Assembly: GCA_965216755.1 (NCBI GenBank) | Contig: CBDCGL010000011.1 | Coordinates: 3,648,001-3,712,000 of the forward strand | Reading direction: 5' to 3' | DNA length: 64,000 nt | DNA from: Alphaproteobacteria bacterium | Lineage (GTDB): Bacteria; Pseudomonadota; Alphaproteobacteria; UBA7887 | Shown: positions 1 to 10,008 of the stretch, piece by piece | Layout of the letters: each line of letters begins with the position of its first letter | Position numbering within the stretch: the first letter of the stretch is position 1 | The notes under the pieces: generated by a model | The model's input: the letters and a program-made list of their open reading frames with translations, nothing else | Told to the model about the DNA's origin: nothing | Database searches by the model: none | Program-made: the position numbers and the translations under genes

Positions 1-480
1 GATGAACAATGTGTCGTCCGGGTCAAAACCACCACGGCCGGGAATGGCCTGCGTGCCCGGAGGTAGCATCGCGTCGATTTGGGCGGCCAGCCAAAAGGTC
101 GCGGTGACCGCCAGCCCCGCGAGTACACCCATGGCCGGCGCCCACCAACCGAGCCCGCTGTTGACCAGGCCGGCGCCGATACCGACAAAAAGCAGTGCCG
201 TGACGACATTGTCACAAATCAGATCATAGACGTGACCCCAGGCGGATGATTGGCTGGTCATGCGCGCCAACACGCCGTCGGCACGGTCCAAAAGCATCGA
301 TAACACATAGACGATTGCGGCCACCCAATTCCACGTCGCCGCGCCCATCGCGAACAGACCCGCCGCCGCCAGCCCCGTCACCAGGCGGGCGGTGGTCAAG
401 TGATTCGGCGTGACGGCGGTCCCGGCCAATGGCCGCACCGCCGCCGTAACCACTCGGTGCGCCCAGGTATTATGACTCAT
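1..480 (-). CDS. CDP-alcohol phosphatidyltransferase family protein (3' end runs off the window)
   Basis: Not in the ORF track. Manual translation from ATG at 480: MSHNTWAHRVVTAAVRPLAGTAVTPNHLT...LLDRADGVLARMTSQSSAWGHVYDLICD, which matches the DxxDGxxAR...GxxxDxxxD motif. It overlaps the stop of the upstream gene. Confidence 0.9.
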   Translation of the reverse strand, partial: MSHNTWAHRVVTAAVRPLAGTAVTPNHLTTARLVTGLAAAGLFAMGAATWNWVAAIVYVLSMLLDRADGVLARMTSQSSAWGHVYDLICDNVVTALLFVGIGAGLVNSGLGWWAPAMGVLAGLAVTATFWLAAQIDAMLPPGTQAIPGRGGFDPDDTLFI

Positions 481-1246
481 CGCCGTTGCCCGCCGTCGCC
501 GGTGATTGGGGAAGGGGCTGAAGTTGCGGCCAAACACAGCGTTCGGCCATGTCGATGTCGTCGGGAAAATCGATCTCGGTCCAGGGCAGTCCGGTAATGT
601 CCTCGAAGCCGAAAGCCCCCGGCGGTTCCGCGATCAACAAGTCGCGCAGCGCCTCATCATAGTAGTCGGTGGTTTGGCCGGCATCGATATAGCGGCGAGT
701 GGCGTCGGCCAGGCGTCTGGCCATGTGCCCGGACAGGCGGAAAAAGCCGACCGATTCACCGTGCCAATCGTGAGCATGCTCTGGTTGTTTGCGAAAGTCG
801 ACCAATTGGCCGTTCTTCACGCAAAGTTTCGCCGGCTCGTCACCGGGTTCGATATTACGGTCAAGCAAGAAGCAGTTGGCGTGGCGCGAACCGAGCAGTC
901 GCGCGATCATGCGCTGATCGTAAAGGACATCGCCGTCCATCAGCAACACGTCGTCGCCGGCCGACAAATGGGCGCGCAGCGCCCATTGGGTCACGATGCT
1001 GCCCGCGCGATAGTCCGGATTGTGGACCGTCTCAATCGGAATGCCGGCAACGGACTGGGCCAGTTCGTGCGTGATATCGGCGGCACGATAACCGGTTGCG
1101 ACGACAATTCTATCGACTCCGCAACTCTGCAATATGCGAACATGTCTTTCCAACAGTGTGTGGCCGCCAAAGCGCAGCAGAATCTTCGGCCCGTCAACGC
1201 CGATCAACCGGTCGCCGACACCGGCGGCAAACAGACACGCGCGCAT
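470..1246 (-). CDS. Phosphocholine/phosphonate cytidylyltransferase family (LicC/PntC-like NTP transferase)
   Basis: MRACLFAAGVGDRL...PKILL, LLMDGDVLYD, GESVGFF, WTEIDFPDD. TGATG coupling to the upstream gene at 1244-1248. Confidence 0.85.
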   Translation of the reverse strand: MRACLFAAGVGDRLIGVDGPKILLRFGGHTLLERHVRILQSCGVDRIVVATGYRAADITHELAQSVAGIPIETVHNPDYRAGSIVTQWALRAHLSAGDDVLLMDGDVLYDQRMIARLLGSRHANCFLLDRNIEPGDEPAKLCVKNGQLVDFRKQPEHAHDWHGESVGFFRLSGHMARRLADATRRYIDAGQTTDYYDEALRDLLIAEPPGAFGFEDITGLPWTEIDFPDDIDMAERCVWPQLQPLPQSPATAGNGDES

Positions 1247-2232
1247 CAAGATACGCCGCGCGACCGCGCGCGCCACCAGCGGTGCCCCTCGATCGCCTGC
1301 CAGGCAATCAGGCCGGGGACGCCGCCCAGGATTTCGCGCATCCGTCTGACGATCGCAATGGCGAGGCCGACATCGGCGCCGAGACCCAACACGCCAGCCA
1401 CGATCATATAGCCGCCTTCCTGAAGGCCGAGCCCGCCGGGTACGGCGAACGCCGCGCTGCGCACCGCTTGCACCAAGCCCTGAATGATCAAGGCTTCGAC
1501 CATGCCCGCCGGGACCCCCATGAATGCCAATGCCAGATACACTTCGCCGGCGCCGAGCGCCCAACTCACCAGATGATAGACCGAAGCGACCGCCATCTCG
1601 CGGCGTCTGCCATAGGTCGCGCGTACGGCGCGGTCCAACCGGCGCGCACCGCCAACCAAGTTTGCCAGACTGTCGCCGCCCAAGCGCTCGATAAATCCGG
1701 CAAGAAACCCAAACAAGCCGCGTTGTTGAACGGCGGCGAAGCCGACAACGGCGGCAAAGAACAATGCAGTAACCGCAAGCACAGCGCCGGTTAACTCGCG
1801 ACCGCCATCATGGTGCGCAACCAAAAGGCCCAAGGCCACCAAGGTAAACAGGGCCTGCATCAGCACGATCAACGTCATATCGACGACCAAACTGGCCGCG
1901 GCCAGCGGCCCCGGCATGCCGCGCACGATCAAAAGTCGCGCCACCACCACATCGCCGCCGATCTGTGCGACCGGCAGCAGTTGGTTTACCGACTGGCGAA
2001 TCCAACGCATTTTCCACGCCACCAACAGCGACGGGCGCGCCCGGGTCGCCGCCACGCGACGCCAGCCAAAGGCGTCGGCCAATAGCGGAATGGCATCGAA
2101 GGCGACGATGATCAAGATCCCCCAGCCAACCGTGACTAAGGCTTCGGCCAAGGTATCGGCGCCACGCCACACAACCAAACCCGTAAACAGCGCCAAGCCG
2201 GCCAAACCAAACAGGACCATGAGCCGTTTCAT
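1246..2232 (-). CDS. HpnL-like / lysylphosphatidylglycerol synthase TM-domain (flippase-like) membrane protein
   Basis: Multi-TM protein with RWIRQSVNQLLPVAQIGGDVV and AAFAVPGGLGLQEGG, typical of HpnL/LPG_synthase_TM. Confidence 0.75.
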   Translation of the reverse strand: MKRLMVLFGLAGLALFTGLVVWRGADTLAEALVTVGWGILIIVAFDAIPLLADAFGWRRVAATRARPSLLVAWKMRWIRQSVNQLLPVAQIGGDVVVARLLIVRGMPGPLAAASLVVDMTLIVLMQALFTLVALGLLVAHHDGGRELTGAVLAVTALFFAAVVGFAAVQQRGLFGFLAGFIERLGGDSLANLVGGARRLDRAVRATYGRRREMAVASVYHLVSWALGAGEVYLALAFMGVPAGMVEALIIQGLVQAVRSAAFAVPGGLGLQEGGYMIVAGVLGLGADVGLAIAIVRRMREILGGVPGLIAWQAIEGHRWWRARSRGVS

Positions 2233-4862
2233 GGCTCTTGGGTCCTCGCCGTGGCGATCGTCATCAGGGCCGGCAACAATAGGATCGTGGCCGCGAATGT
2301 TACGCCAACGCCAATGATCAGCAGCATACCCATACTTGCCGTGCCGACATGTTCGGACACGGCCAAGGCCCCGAAACCAGCCATGGTGGTCGCCGCGCTC
2401 AACAAGGCGGCGCGCGCCGTCGATGTCGCCAGGACGGGTTGTGCCGGCGCGGCGCGCTGGCGCCGCATCAGGTGAATGGCGCTGTCGACACCAATGCCCA
2501 GCAGCAGGGGCAGTACGATGACATTGGCGAAGTTGAAGGTCATCCCGGCAAGCGTCATGATCGCGGCCGTCAACAGCGCGCCCAGCAACAGCGGTGCCAT
2601 CACCAAGGCGACGTCGATCGGACGCCGGGTTACGATCAGCAACAATGCGGCGATCGAAACCAATGCGGCCAGCAGAGCCTGAATAAAAGCCGTTATCACG
2701 GTATCGCCTGCTTCCAACACCAAAACCGGTTGATCGGTGATATCTTCAGCAACCGTTCGCACGGCATCGACAAAGCGCACCAAGGCGTCATTGTTGGCGA
2801 CGATGTCCTCGGCCGGGAAGACCTGAACCCGTTGGCCGCCATCGCGCGCCTGGAATTGCGCCCGCAGGTCCTCTGGCAGCGCCGATTCGGTAAACGGCGC
2901 GGCGGTAAGCGATGCGTCCAACAGGGCGATCTGATAGGGCAATGCACCGAGCCAGGCGTCGCGAATAGCCGCCAGTGAGATCGACCTGTCGTCACCGGCG
3001 CGCAGGGCGCGATCCAATGCGGTGCGCAGGTCGGATACGCCGGCGGGCGCGTCAGGGCGCGCTGTGGCAACTTGGTCAAGTGCGCGCAGCAGGGCCTTCA
3101 AGGCGAGCTGTTCTTCATCCGGTGTGCTCGCGGTGCCGGGCGCCAAAGCAAACGGATCTGGTTCAGACACAAACGCAATGTCTTGGATGATTTCGTATTT
3201 CGTATCTTGATCTGCGGGCACGAAGTCGTCCAATGTGATGGCTTCGTCAACTTCGGGCAGCTGTTCGAAGGCGGTCTTGAGAGACGCCGCCTCGGCGCGG
3301 TCGGCGGCGACAACGGACGCGGTCCACGGCTTGGTCTGGGTGTCGTCCAGCAAAGTGCGCAGCGCGGTGACCGATTCACGTGCCGGATTTTGTAGGTTGA
3401 GCGGGTTCGGGTCGAAGCCGACCTGTGGCGCCACCGCCAAGCCGACCAGTGCCAGCACGGCGGCACCAATCGCGATCGGGCGCGCGTTGCGGTGCGGCCA
3501 GTGCGCGAATCGGTTTGCGCGTTGTGACCGCGGGCGCACTGAGCCGGGTGGCAACACCAGCGTCAACAGCGCCGGCAAAACCGTCAGGTTGGCGAAGAGA
3601 CTGACGAACATGCCCGTGCCGGCGATAACGCCCAACTCCGACACACCGTCATAGTCGGTCAGCAAAAAGGCATAAAACCCGACCGCGGTCGACACGGCGC
3701 ACAAGGTCAGGGCACCGCCGACGGCGCGTCCGGCTTTGGCAACGGCCGCGGTTGGATCGAAGCCGGCGGCGACCATCTCGCGGAAACGCAATCCATAGTG
3801 GATGCTGGCATCGATCCCAAGACTGACGAACAGAACCGCAAACGCGATCGAGATCAGGTTCAAATGTCCGACCAGGACCGCGGCAAACCATGCCGTCCAC
3901 ACCAGGCCGATGGCCAACGTCACCAATGCGGCGATCACCAAGCGGATAGAGCGTAAGCCAACTAACAAAATCACCGCGACCAAGAACAACGCCACCAGTC
4001 CGGCGTGCTGCGCGCCCAATTGGGCGGATTCAAGCTCGTCATGGCCAAGCGCAACCGTGCCTGTCAATGACACCGTGACTCCGTTGGTCGGCGTTAGGGC
4101 CGCCGCGGCCGCGATATCGCGAATCGACTGTAGAACCGCCGCGCCCGGCATCAGCTGCGCGTAGTCGAGTGCGGCCGGCTGGACAACGATCACGGCGCGT
4201 AGGTCGGCCGCGGTCGGCGCGGTCCCGTGCATGATCTCAACCCAAGACAACTGCGCCGGGACGCCGTCCAACAGGTTCTCGATCACACGCCCCATGCGTG
4301 TGAACAGCAACGCCAAATCTTCCAGCGGAGCCGCTTTGGTCAAGGCATCGTCGATGCCCAACCGCAAGACCGCGGAAAGACCGCGCAGGCTCATGTCCTG
4401 GCGCAGGCGCTGCAACAGCGGCTGTGCCTCGCCCAAATCGTCGAGCAGGTCGAGAAGTTCCGCCTCGCTGAGATAGAACAAACCATTGTTGGCAAAAAAC
4501 GCGCCGGCGCCCGGGGCGTAGACATAGGGAAAATGTTCCGGCTGGGCGTTAAGCGCGGTGGTGAGTGTGTCGCGCGCGGCGCGGACGCGATCGGGCGTGT
4601 CTGCTTCCAACAGAACGGTGACCGTGTCGTTCAGGCGCGGGAACTGCGCCTTGTAGGCTTTGTAAGTTCTCAGAAACGGTGTTTCGTCGGAGATCAAGTC
4701 CAAGGTGTCGGTATCGATTGTCATGGTCGCGACCGTATAGGGAACGGTCGCGGCGGCGCTGACAATGGCCAAGATCACGACCCACACTGCGTATCGCTGA
4801 ACAGTACCGAGCCACGTCGCCAAGACACGATCGAGCGGGGCTGTCGGTTGGCGATCAGACAA
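2229..4862 (-). CDS. HpnN-like MMPL/RND lipid transporter
   Basis: 877 aa with two MMPL halves (LNLISIAFAVLFVSLGID...; FNFANVIVLPLLLGIGVD...; GTASMGMLL; FDPNPLNLQNP.ESV), as in hopanoid-associated HpnN. Confidence 0.85.
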   Translation of the reverse strand: MSDRQPTAPLDRVLATWLGTVQRYAVWVVILAIVSAAATVPYTVATMTIDTDTLDLISDETPFLRTYKAYKAQFPRLNDTVTVLLEADTPDRVRAARDTLTTALNAQPEHFPYVYAPGAGAFFANNGLFYLSEAELLDLLDDLGEAQPLLQRLRQDMSLRGLSAVLRLGIDDALTKAAPLEDLALLFTRMGRVIENLLDGVPAQLSWVEIMHGTAPTAADLRAVIVVQPAALDYAQLMPGAAVLQSIRDIAAAAALTPTNGVTVSLTGTVALGHDELESAQLGAQHAGLVALFLVAVILLVGLRSIRLVIAALVTLAIGLVWTAWFAAVLVGHLNLISIAFAVLFVSLGIDASIHYGLRFREMVAAGFDPTAAVAKAGRAVGGALTLCAVSTAVGFYAFLLTDYDGVSELGVIAGTGMFVSLFANLTVLPALLTLVLPPGSVRPRSQRANRFAHWPHRNARPIAIGAAVLALVGLAVAPQVGFDPNPLNLQNPARESVTALRTLLDDTQTKPWTASVVAADRAEAASLKTAFEQLPEVDEAITLDDFVPADQDTKYEIIQDIAFVSEPDPFALAPGTASTPDEEQLALKALLRALDQVATARPDAPAGVSDLRTALDRALRAGDDRSISLAAIRDAWLGALPYQIALLDASLTAAPFTESALPEDLRAQFQARDGGQRVQVFPAEDIVANNDALVRFVDAVRTVAEDITDQPVLVLEAGDTVITAFIQALLAALVSIAALLLIVTRRPIDVALVMAPLLLGALLTAAIMTLAGMTFNFANVIVLPLLLGIGVDSAIHLMRRQRAAPAQPVLATSTARAALLSAATTMAGFGALAVSEHVGTASMGMLLIIGVGVTFAATILLLPALMTIATARTQEP

Positions 4863-4877
4863 GGGACGCGTGAGACC

Positions 4878-6017
4878 TTAGACGGTGGCCAAATGGCGGC
4901 GCAATCGTTGCGCGACCGCTGCTGGCGTGACCGTTGGGCGCGGCAGACCAGCCGGGACGCCGGGCCGGGTGGGCAGGTGCACAAAGTGCGGCCCGGGCCC
5001 CTGTTCGCCCAATCTATTCGCCAATACATGCGGCGTCGTGACACGTTGGGTGGTGGCATAGCCGCACGCGGCTGCGACCGCGCAAAAATCGACGGTGTGC
5101 GAAACGGTCGCTTGACCGCCGGTCGATTCATGCATGCCGTTGTCGAATAGAATATGCACCAGATTGTTGGGGCGCGCCGCGCCGATCGTGGCCAGTGCAC
5201 CAAGGCGCATCAAGGCGGCACCATCGCCATCCAAGGCAATCACGCGCACGTCTGGCCGCGCCAGCGCGAGCCCCAGCGCAAGGCTGGATACGCAGCCCAT
5301 CGAACCGACCATGTAGAGCTGGTTTGGCCGGTCTTCCAACCCATAAAGGGCGCGGCCGGTAAACCCCGTCGTGGCGATGATCACGTCGCGCGCGCCGCTC
5401 GTCGCCTGCACCGCCGCCAGCAGTTCGTGGCGCGTCGCGTCGGCGGGCGTCGCGACCGTCGGTATAGCGGTGCGCGGCGCCGGTCGGTTGGTCTCGTTCT
5501 GGGCTAGGGGATAGGGCGCGACACTCCCCTTCGACATCAAAAGGGCATACGGGCGACCGGTCTTGCGGCGCTGCGCGTCGGCGCGGTCAAAAACGCCGGC
5601 GACCGCTTCGGATGTGCGCGGAAACGGCTCCCACGGCACCTGCAACAGTTCCAATTGGCGACCGGTTATGGGGCCCATCAGCCCATGTTGCGGTTCATCC
5701 CCGGCGCCGCCCGGCTGGCCCCGCCAAGTGACGATCAGCAGCAACGGGATGTTGAAGATGTGGGTCAACGACGACAATGGGCTGACCGCGTTGCCTAGCC
5801 CGGAGTTTTGCATCATCACCACACTGCGCCGACCACCGAGCTCGGCACCCGCCGCAATGGCGACCGCATCGCCTTCATTCGTCGCACCGACATAGTCCAA
5901 TCCGTCGGCCCCAATCACGTAGTTGATGAACGGGGTCAGATAGGAACAAGGCACGCCTGTGAACAGATCGTAGCCGCGCGCTTTGGCGGCGCCTATAAAC
6001 GCCTCGGCGTCGATCAC
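4878..6017 (-). CDS. aepY: Phosphonopyruvate decarboxylase
   Basis: GTG start at 6017. GVPCSYLTPFINY, NEGDAVA, MQNSGLGNAVSPL, DEPQH, YMVGSMG, TPP motif DGDGAALMRLG, HESTGGQ. Directly downstream of pepM. Confidence 0.93.
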   Translation of the reverse strand: MIDAEAFIGAAKARGYDLFTGVPCSYLTPFINYVIGADGLDYVGATNEGDAVAIAAGAELGGRRSVVMMQNSGLGNAVSPLSSLTHIFNIPLLLIVTWRGQPGGAGDEPQHGLMGPITGRQLELLQVPWEPFPRTSEAVAGVFDRADAQRRKTGRPYALLMSKGSVAPYPLAQNETNRPAPRTAIPTVATPADATRHELLAAVQATSGARDVIIATTGFTGRALYGLEDRPNQLYMVGSMGCVSSLALGLALARPDVRVIALDGDGAALMRLGALATIGAARPNNLVHILFDNGMHESTGGQATVSHTVDFCAVAAACGYATTQRVTTPHVLANRLGEQGPGPHFVHLPTRPGVPAGLPRPTVTPAAVAQRLRRHLATV

Positions 6018-6021
6018 AATG

Positions 6022-7683
6022 TCACACGAAATTGCCGGCGACCAACAGGTCGTCGACATCATCGATGTCGAGCCAATGCCCGGTTGTGTAGACGACCCGC
6101 ACCTTCTGGCCCGCGCCAACCAAGCGATTGAACAACGCATCGATGCCGGCGTTTTCGAACGCCACGCGATCGTCGTCGCGCCAGCCCGTGAGGGTTTCAA
6201 AGGCCACCTGCGCGCCGGCGGCCGTGAAGCGCGCCACCCCCATCCACTCGCCGTGGATCTTGCCGGATAGTGCCGGTCCCATCTCGGCCAGCCAGACCGG
6301 GGCATAGTAGGCCTCGCGGCTATTGGGCAGTGAACATTTAACATAGTCGGCCGCCCGATTGGCGCCGCGATTGCGGCTGGTTTTCCAGTTGGTATCGACG
6401 GCAATGGTGATGTCGGCGTCGCTTTCCGTCAGCATGTCCAGCACATAACGACGAAACAGCACGTCGCCATAGGATACGAACACGTCCCTGGTCGCAGGTT
6501 GCAGTGCCAGCGCCAGGGACACGATCTCTTGCGTGGTGTCGTAAGCGAGATTGTCGACATAATCGAGGGCGGGCAGGTCGATCTTGTGCTTGGCATAGCC
6601 GCGCACCACGGTGATGTCTTTGACATCGGCTTTGCGGTAAACCTCGGCTATGTGCGCCAAGATCGGCTTGCCGGCCACATCCAGCATTGCTTTCGGCTTG
6701 TGCTCGGTCAGGGCGCCCAATTCGCGGCCGCGCGAGGCAGCCAAAATGATCGCCGTCGCGGCGCCCTGGCTGGGTAGATAAGTTTCCTCGGCCCGCTTCA
6801 GTTCATCGGCGCCTTGCAAGCGAAACACTTCCGCCACCGGCGCGATCGCGTGTTCGACGCCAAGCAAATTTTCGTCGTCATGAATGGTCGCCGCGGTGCG
6901 CTGCATGGCGGTGATTGCCGCGCGCAGCAAATGATTGGCCCAAATCACCATCGAAACGCCGTGATCGCGGAACGCGTCGGTGGGGGTGGTGTAGTATTTG
7001 GTCGGTACCAACACCACCGGGCAGCGCCGATCCCAGGCGCGCAAGAAGCTGAACACTTCATCAGCGTTGGATCCGGCACTGTGAATCAAGATCGCGTCGG
7101 CACCAGCCGCATGATAGGCGCGCGCCCGGCGCAAGGCCTCCTCGAGCCCCCAACCGGCAATGAATGCTTCGACCCGTGCGACAATGGAAAAATCCGGATC
7201 GTGCTGGGCCGCCTTGCCGGCCCGAATCTTGCCGCAAAACTCATCGATGTCAGCCAGCGGCTGTGTGGCGCCGGCAATGAAGCTGTTGGTCTTCGGGAAC
7301 TGTTTGTCCTCGATGCAGACCGCCGCCACGCCACGGCTTTCCAACTTTTGCACGAGCCGGCGCATATTGTTGAAATTGCCATATCCAGTGTCGCCGTCGA
7401 GCATGATCGGCACGGTGCACGCGTCGTTCATGAATTCGACCACTTCAAGCACCTGGGTCCAGCTGGCCTCATTGTTGTCGCGCACACCAAGCGCCGCCGC
7501 CATTGACAAGCCACTGGCCCAAACCGCGCCGAACCCGGCCTCCTCGGCGATTTTCGCGCTCAGGCCGTTATGTGCCTCGCACACAAAACTAAGTTCCGGG
7601 GTGTTCAAGGCGGCGCGGAAACGGGCAGCGCGCGACAGTTGCGCGCGTGGCGCGGTCTCGATCGGTACGGCAGGTGCCTGCAT
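6022..7683 (-). CDS. pepM: Phosphoenolpyruvate mutase fused to a C-terminal nucleotidyltransferase
   Basis: Diagnostic EDKxxxxxNS motif ([12 protein letters not shown]), [16 protein letters not shown]-terminal domain IILAASRG...KPKAML...YGDVLF...WLDID. Confidence 0.96.
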   Translation of the reverse strand: MQAPAVPIETAPRAQLSRAARFRAALNTPELSFVCEAHNGLSAKIAEEAGFGAVWASGLSMAAALGVRDNNEASWTQVLEVVEFMNDACTVPIMLDGDTGYGNFNNMRRLVQKLESRGVAAVCIEDKQFPKTNSFIAGATQPLADIDEFCGKIRAGKAAQHDPDFSIVARVEAFIAGWGLEEALRRARAYHAAGADAILIHSAGSNADEVFSFLRAWDRRCPVVLVPTKYYTTPTDAFRDHGVSMVIWANHLLRAAITAMQRTAATIHDDENLLGVEHAIAPVAEVFRLQGADELKRAEETYLPSQGAATAIILAASRGRELGALTEHKPKAMLDVAGKPILAHIAEVYRKADVKDITVVRGYAKHKIDLPALDYVDNLAYDTTQEIVSLALALQPATRDVFVSYGDVLFRRYVLDMLTESDADITIAVDTNWKTSRNRGANRAADYVKCSLPNSREAYYAPVWLAEMGPALSGKIHGEWMGVARFTAAGAQVAFETLTGWRDDDRVAFENAGIDALFNRLVGAGQKVRVVYTTGHWLDIDDVDDLLVAGNFV

Positions 7684-7782
7684 TATGGTGCTATACAGAT
7701 CGCTTCAATGGTCCACAATGTCCGTTTGCGTCCGCGGCGGACGCATTCCAAACCGAACGGCGGCACCATAGCACGTGTGACG

Positions 7783-8115
7783 ATGGCAAAGGCACCCTCA
7801 ACCGGTTCTGATCGTGTCGCCAGCGACAAGGTGGTGTGTCGGACGCCGACACCCAACAAACGGCCGACTCGGATTCCACGTTGGAAATTCGACGCGGTGG
7901 CCGACGCTATTCGCACCGTAGTCCCGCGGGCGGGAGATGGCGTGGTGTTCAAAGACCTTCCGGGCTTGGTGGCCGGTGTGCTTGGCGACGATGTCAAACA
8001 CCAGCTGGGATCTGTGGGCTGGCATGTGGCGACGGTCAAGTTGGAGCTGGAAGTACGCGGCGAGTTGGTTCGCGTGCCCCGCGCCAAACCGCAGCGCCTG
8101 CGGCGCCGTTCGTGA
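7783..8115 (+). CDS. Small conserved hypothetical protein (DUF6958-like)
   Basis: KVVCRTPTP...IPRWKFDAV...LGSVGWHVATVKLELEVRGEL pattern. Divergent from pepM. Confidence 0.65.
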   Translation: MAKAPSTGSDRVASDKVVCRTPTPNKRPTRIPRWKFDAVADAIRTVVPRAGDGVVFKDLPGLVAGVLGDDVKHQLGSVGWHVATVKLELEVRGELVRVPRAKPQRLRRRS

Positions 8116-8255
8116 CCCCGATTGCGCGTTTGTGTTCCGTACCTGGTGTGCGGACGGTGCATAGCGTCGATGTGTCGCCGGATGCGTGTGCGATTGCCGA
8201 GAATATGAAATGATCGCCGGCGGCGTGGCGCTTAGCGGAGAGGGACTTAGGCAAA

Positions 8256-9230
8256 ATGAAAGCGATCCTGGCGCATGAATTCGGCGGACCCGAGGTTCTG
8301 AAGTACGAACAGACGGCGGACCCGGTCGCCGGCCCTGGCGACGTCGTGATCGACGTGAAAGCCGCCGGAATTAATCCGGCAGACACCTACATGCGCGGTG
8401 GCGCCTATGCGATTGTGCCGCCCTTGCCGTACACGCCGGGCGGCGATGCGGCGGGTGTGATCGCCGCCGTCGGTGCGGGGGTCAGTGATTTCGCAGTTGG
8501 CGACCATGTCTTCGTTGGCACGGCGATGGGCTTTAACATGACCGGCTGCTACGCGGAAAAAGTCGTGCGGCCGGCAACCGATGTGCTGCCGTTGCCCAAA
8601 GGCGTCAGCTTCGCCCAGGCCGCCGCCCTCGGCGTGCCGTATGCCACCGCGCACTACGCCCTGTTCGCGCGCGGCGGCGCCGAAACGGGCGAAACCGTAT
8701 TCGTCCATGGTGCGTCGGGCGCCGTTGGCACGGCCGCGATCCAGCTTGCCAAACGCGCCGGTCTGACCGCAATGGGTTCCGCCGGTACAGAACGCGGATT
8801 GACTTTGGTGCGCGAACAGGGCGCGGCGCACGCCGTCGATCACAGCAAAGAGGGATATATCGAACAGCTCCGCGGGCTAACCGGCGGTACCGGGCCGGCG
8901 CTCATTCTGGAAATGTTGGCCAACGTCAATCTCGCCGCCGATCTTGATCTGGTGGCGAAATATGGTCGCATCGTCGTGATTGGCAATCGCGGCGAAATCA
9001 CCATCAACGCGCGCGTGGCCATGATGAAGGAATTGGACGTGCGCGGCATCGCCCTGTTCAATGGCGCGGCGGCCCAGATGCGCGAGATCATGACAGATCT
9101 GGTCGCGGGGCTTGAAGATGGGACGCTCAACCCGATTGTCGGTCGCGAGATGCCGCTGGCTGAAGCGGCGGCGGGCCATGTCGCCGTGTTGGAGCCTGGC
9201 GCTTTCGGCAAGATCGTGCTTGTGCTTTGA
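8256..9230 (+). CDS. NADPH:quinone reductase (zeta-crystallin/MDR family)
   Basis: GGPEVL, AAGINPAD, PYTPGGD.AG, VHGASGAVG, GKIVL. Confidence 0.92.
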   Translation: MKAILAHEFGGPEVLKYEQTADPVAGPGDVVIDVKAAGINPADTYMRGGAYAIVPPLPYTPGGDAAGVIAAVGAGVSDFAVGDHVFVGTAMGFNMTGCYAEKVVRPATDVLPLPKGVSFAQAAALGVPYATAHYALFARGGAETGETVFVHGASGAVGTAAIQLAKRAGLTAMGSAGTERGLTLVREQGAAHAVDHSKEGYIEQLRGLTGGTGPALILEMLANVNLAADLDLVAKYGRIVVIGNRGEITINARVAMMKELDVRGIALFNGAAAQMREIMTDLVAGLEDGTLNPIVGREMPLAEAAAGHVAVLEPGAFGKIVLVL

Positions 9231-9240
9231 AATTGTTGGC

Positions 9241-9708
9241 ATGCGTCGCGGCGCTGGCACCCCGGCGTTGTTCATGGCGATGGTGCTTGCGCTGGTTTCG
9301 GCCCATCGGGGCGCGATCGCCAATGACGCCGATGGCGTGTTCCGATTGGCGAATGTGGCCTGGCCTAACTATTGTCTTGGCACCGACGGGCGCAACATAC
9401 GCTTGACCCGGTGCGACCTGGCACCGCAATGGACCGTGAGCCGCGATGGTCAATGGTCAATCTCGGCTGCCGGCCGGCCGACCTGTCTCACCGCGCAGAT
9501 CACGGCCGGCGTTCCGGACCTCCACTCGCACCTGCGCATTTTGGCGTGCAGCGGCGCGGTGATGCAGCGATTCTCGGTGGGCGATGGTCGCTTACGTGGT
9601 GCCGATGGCCGGCGCGCAACAGCCGCCGGACCTGACTTGCCGGTACGCTACGGCGGGAAAGCTTCGTTGGTGGGCACGGATATGTGGCGCCGTTTGCACG
9701 GGCCCTAA
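9241..9708 (+). CDS. Putative secreted protein with a ricin-B/beta-trefoil-like Cys/QxW pattern
   Basis: Signal-peptide-like N-terminus, then NYCLG...RCD..PQW and TCLT...ACS...QRF repeats. Confidence 0.5.
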   Translation: MRRGAGTPALFMAMVLALVSAHRGAIANDADGVFRLANVAWPNYCLGTDGRNIRLTRCDLAPQWTVSRDGQWSISAAGRPTCLTAQITAGVPDLHSHLRILACSGAVMQRFSVGDGRLRGADGRRATAAGPDLPVRYGGKASLVGTDMWRRLHGP

Positions 9709-10008
9709 GGCGGGGCCGATGTGACCATTGTCGGCGCTGGCTTGGTATCGTTGCGGGACCCCGTGTTGGGCCCGCGGCGGCGGGCGCGATCGGCGGCGCA
9801 ATCAGCACCGTCGCCGACGCGATCAATCTTCGTTGATACGATTGCCTTTGAAGGAAGCCAATTTCATCGATATCAAATAGATAGAGCAAGTCATGCGGAA
9901 GTATCTGAGCGTGACATGCTCTAGACTTTGGTGCGGAAGTTCGATCAGACCGCGGACAACGGACGTTCAACTGTTAATCTGGCGTGGCGACGTACAAGTG
10001 GGTCCGAA

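Noticed and set aside
506-1411. Long antisense ORFs (e.g. 506-1411, 20781-21986, 32524-33726, 39947-41002, 55517-56827)
   Set aside because: They are shadow frames opposite well-supported genes, as expected in high-GC DNA, and contain no motifs.
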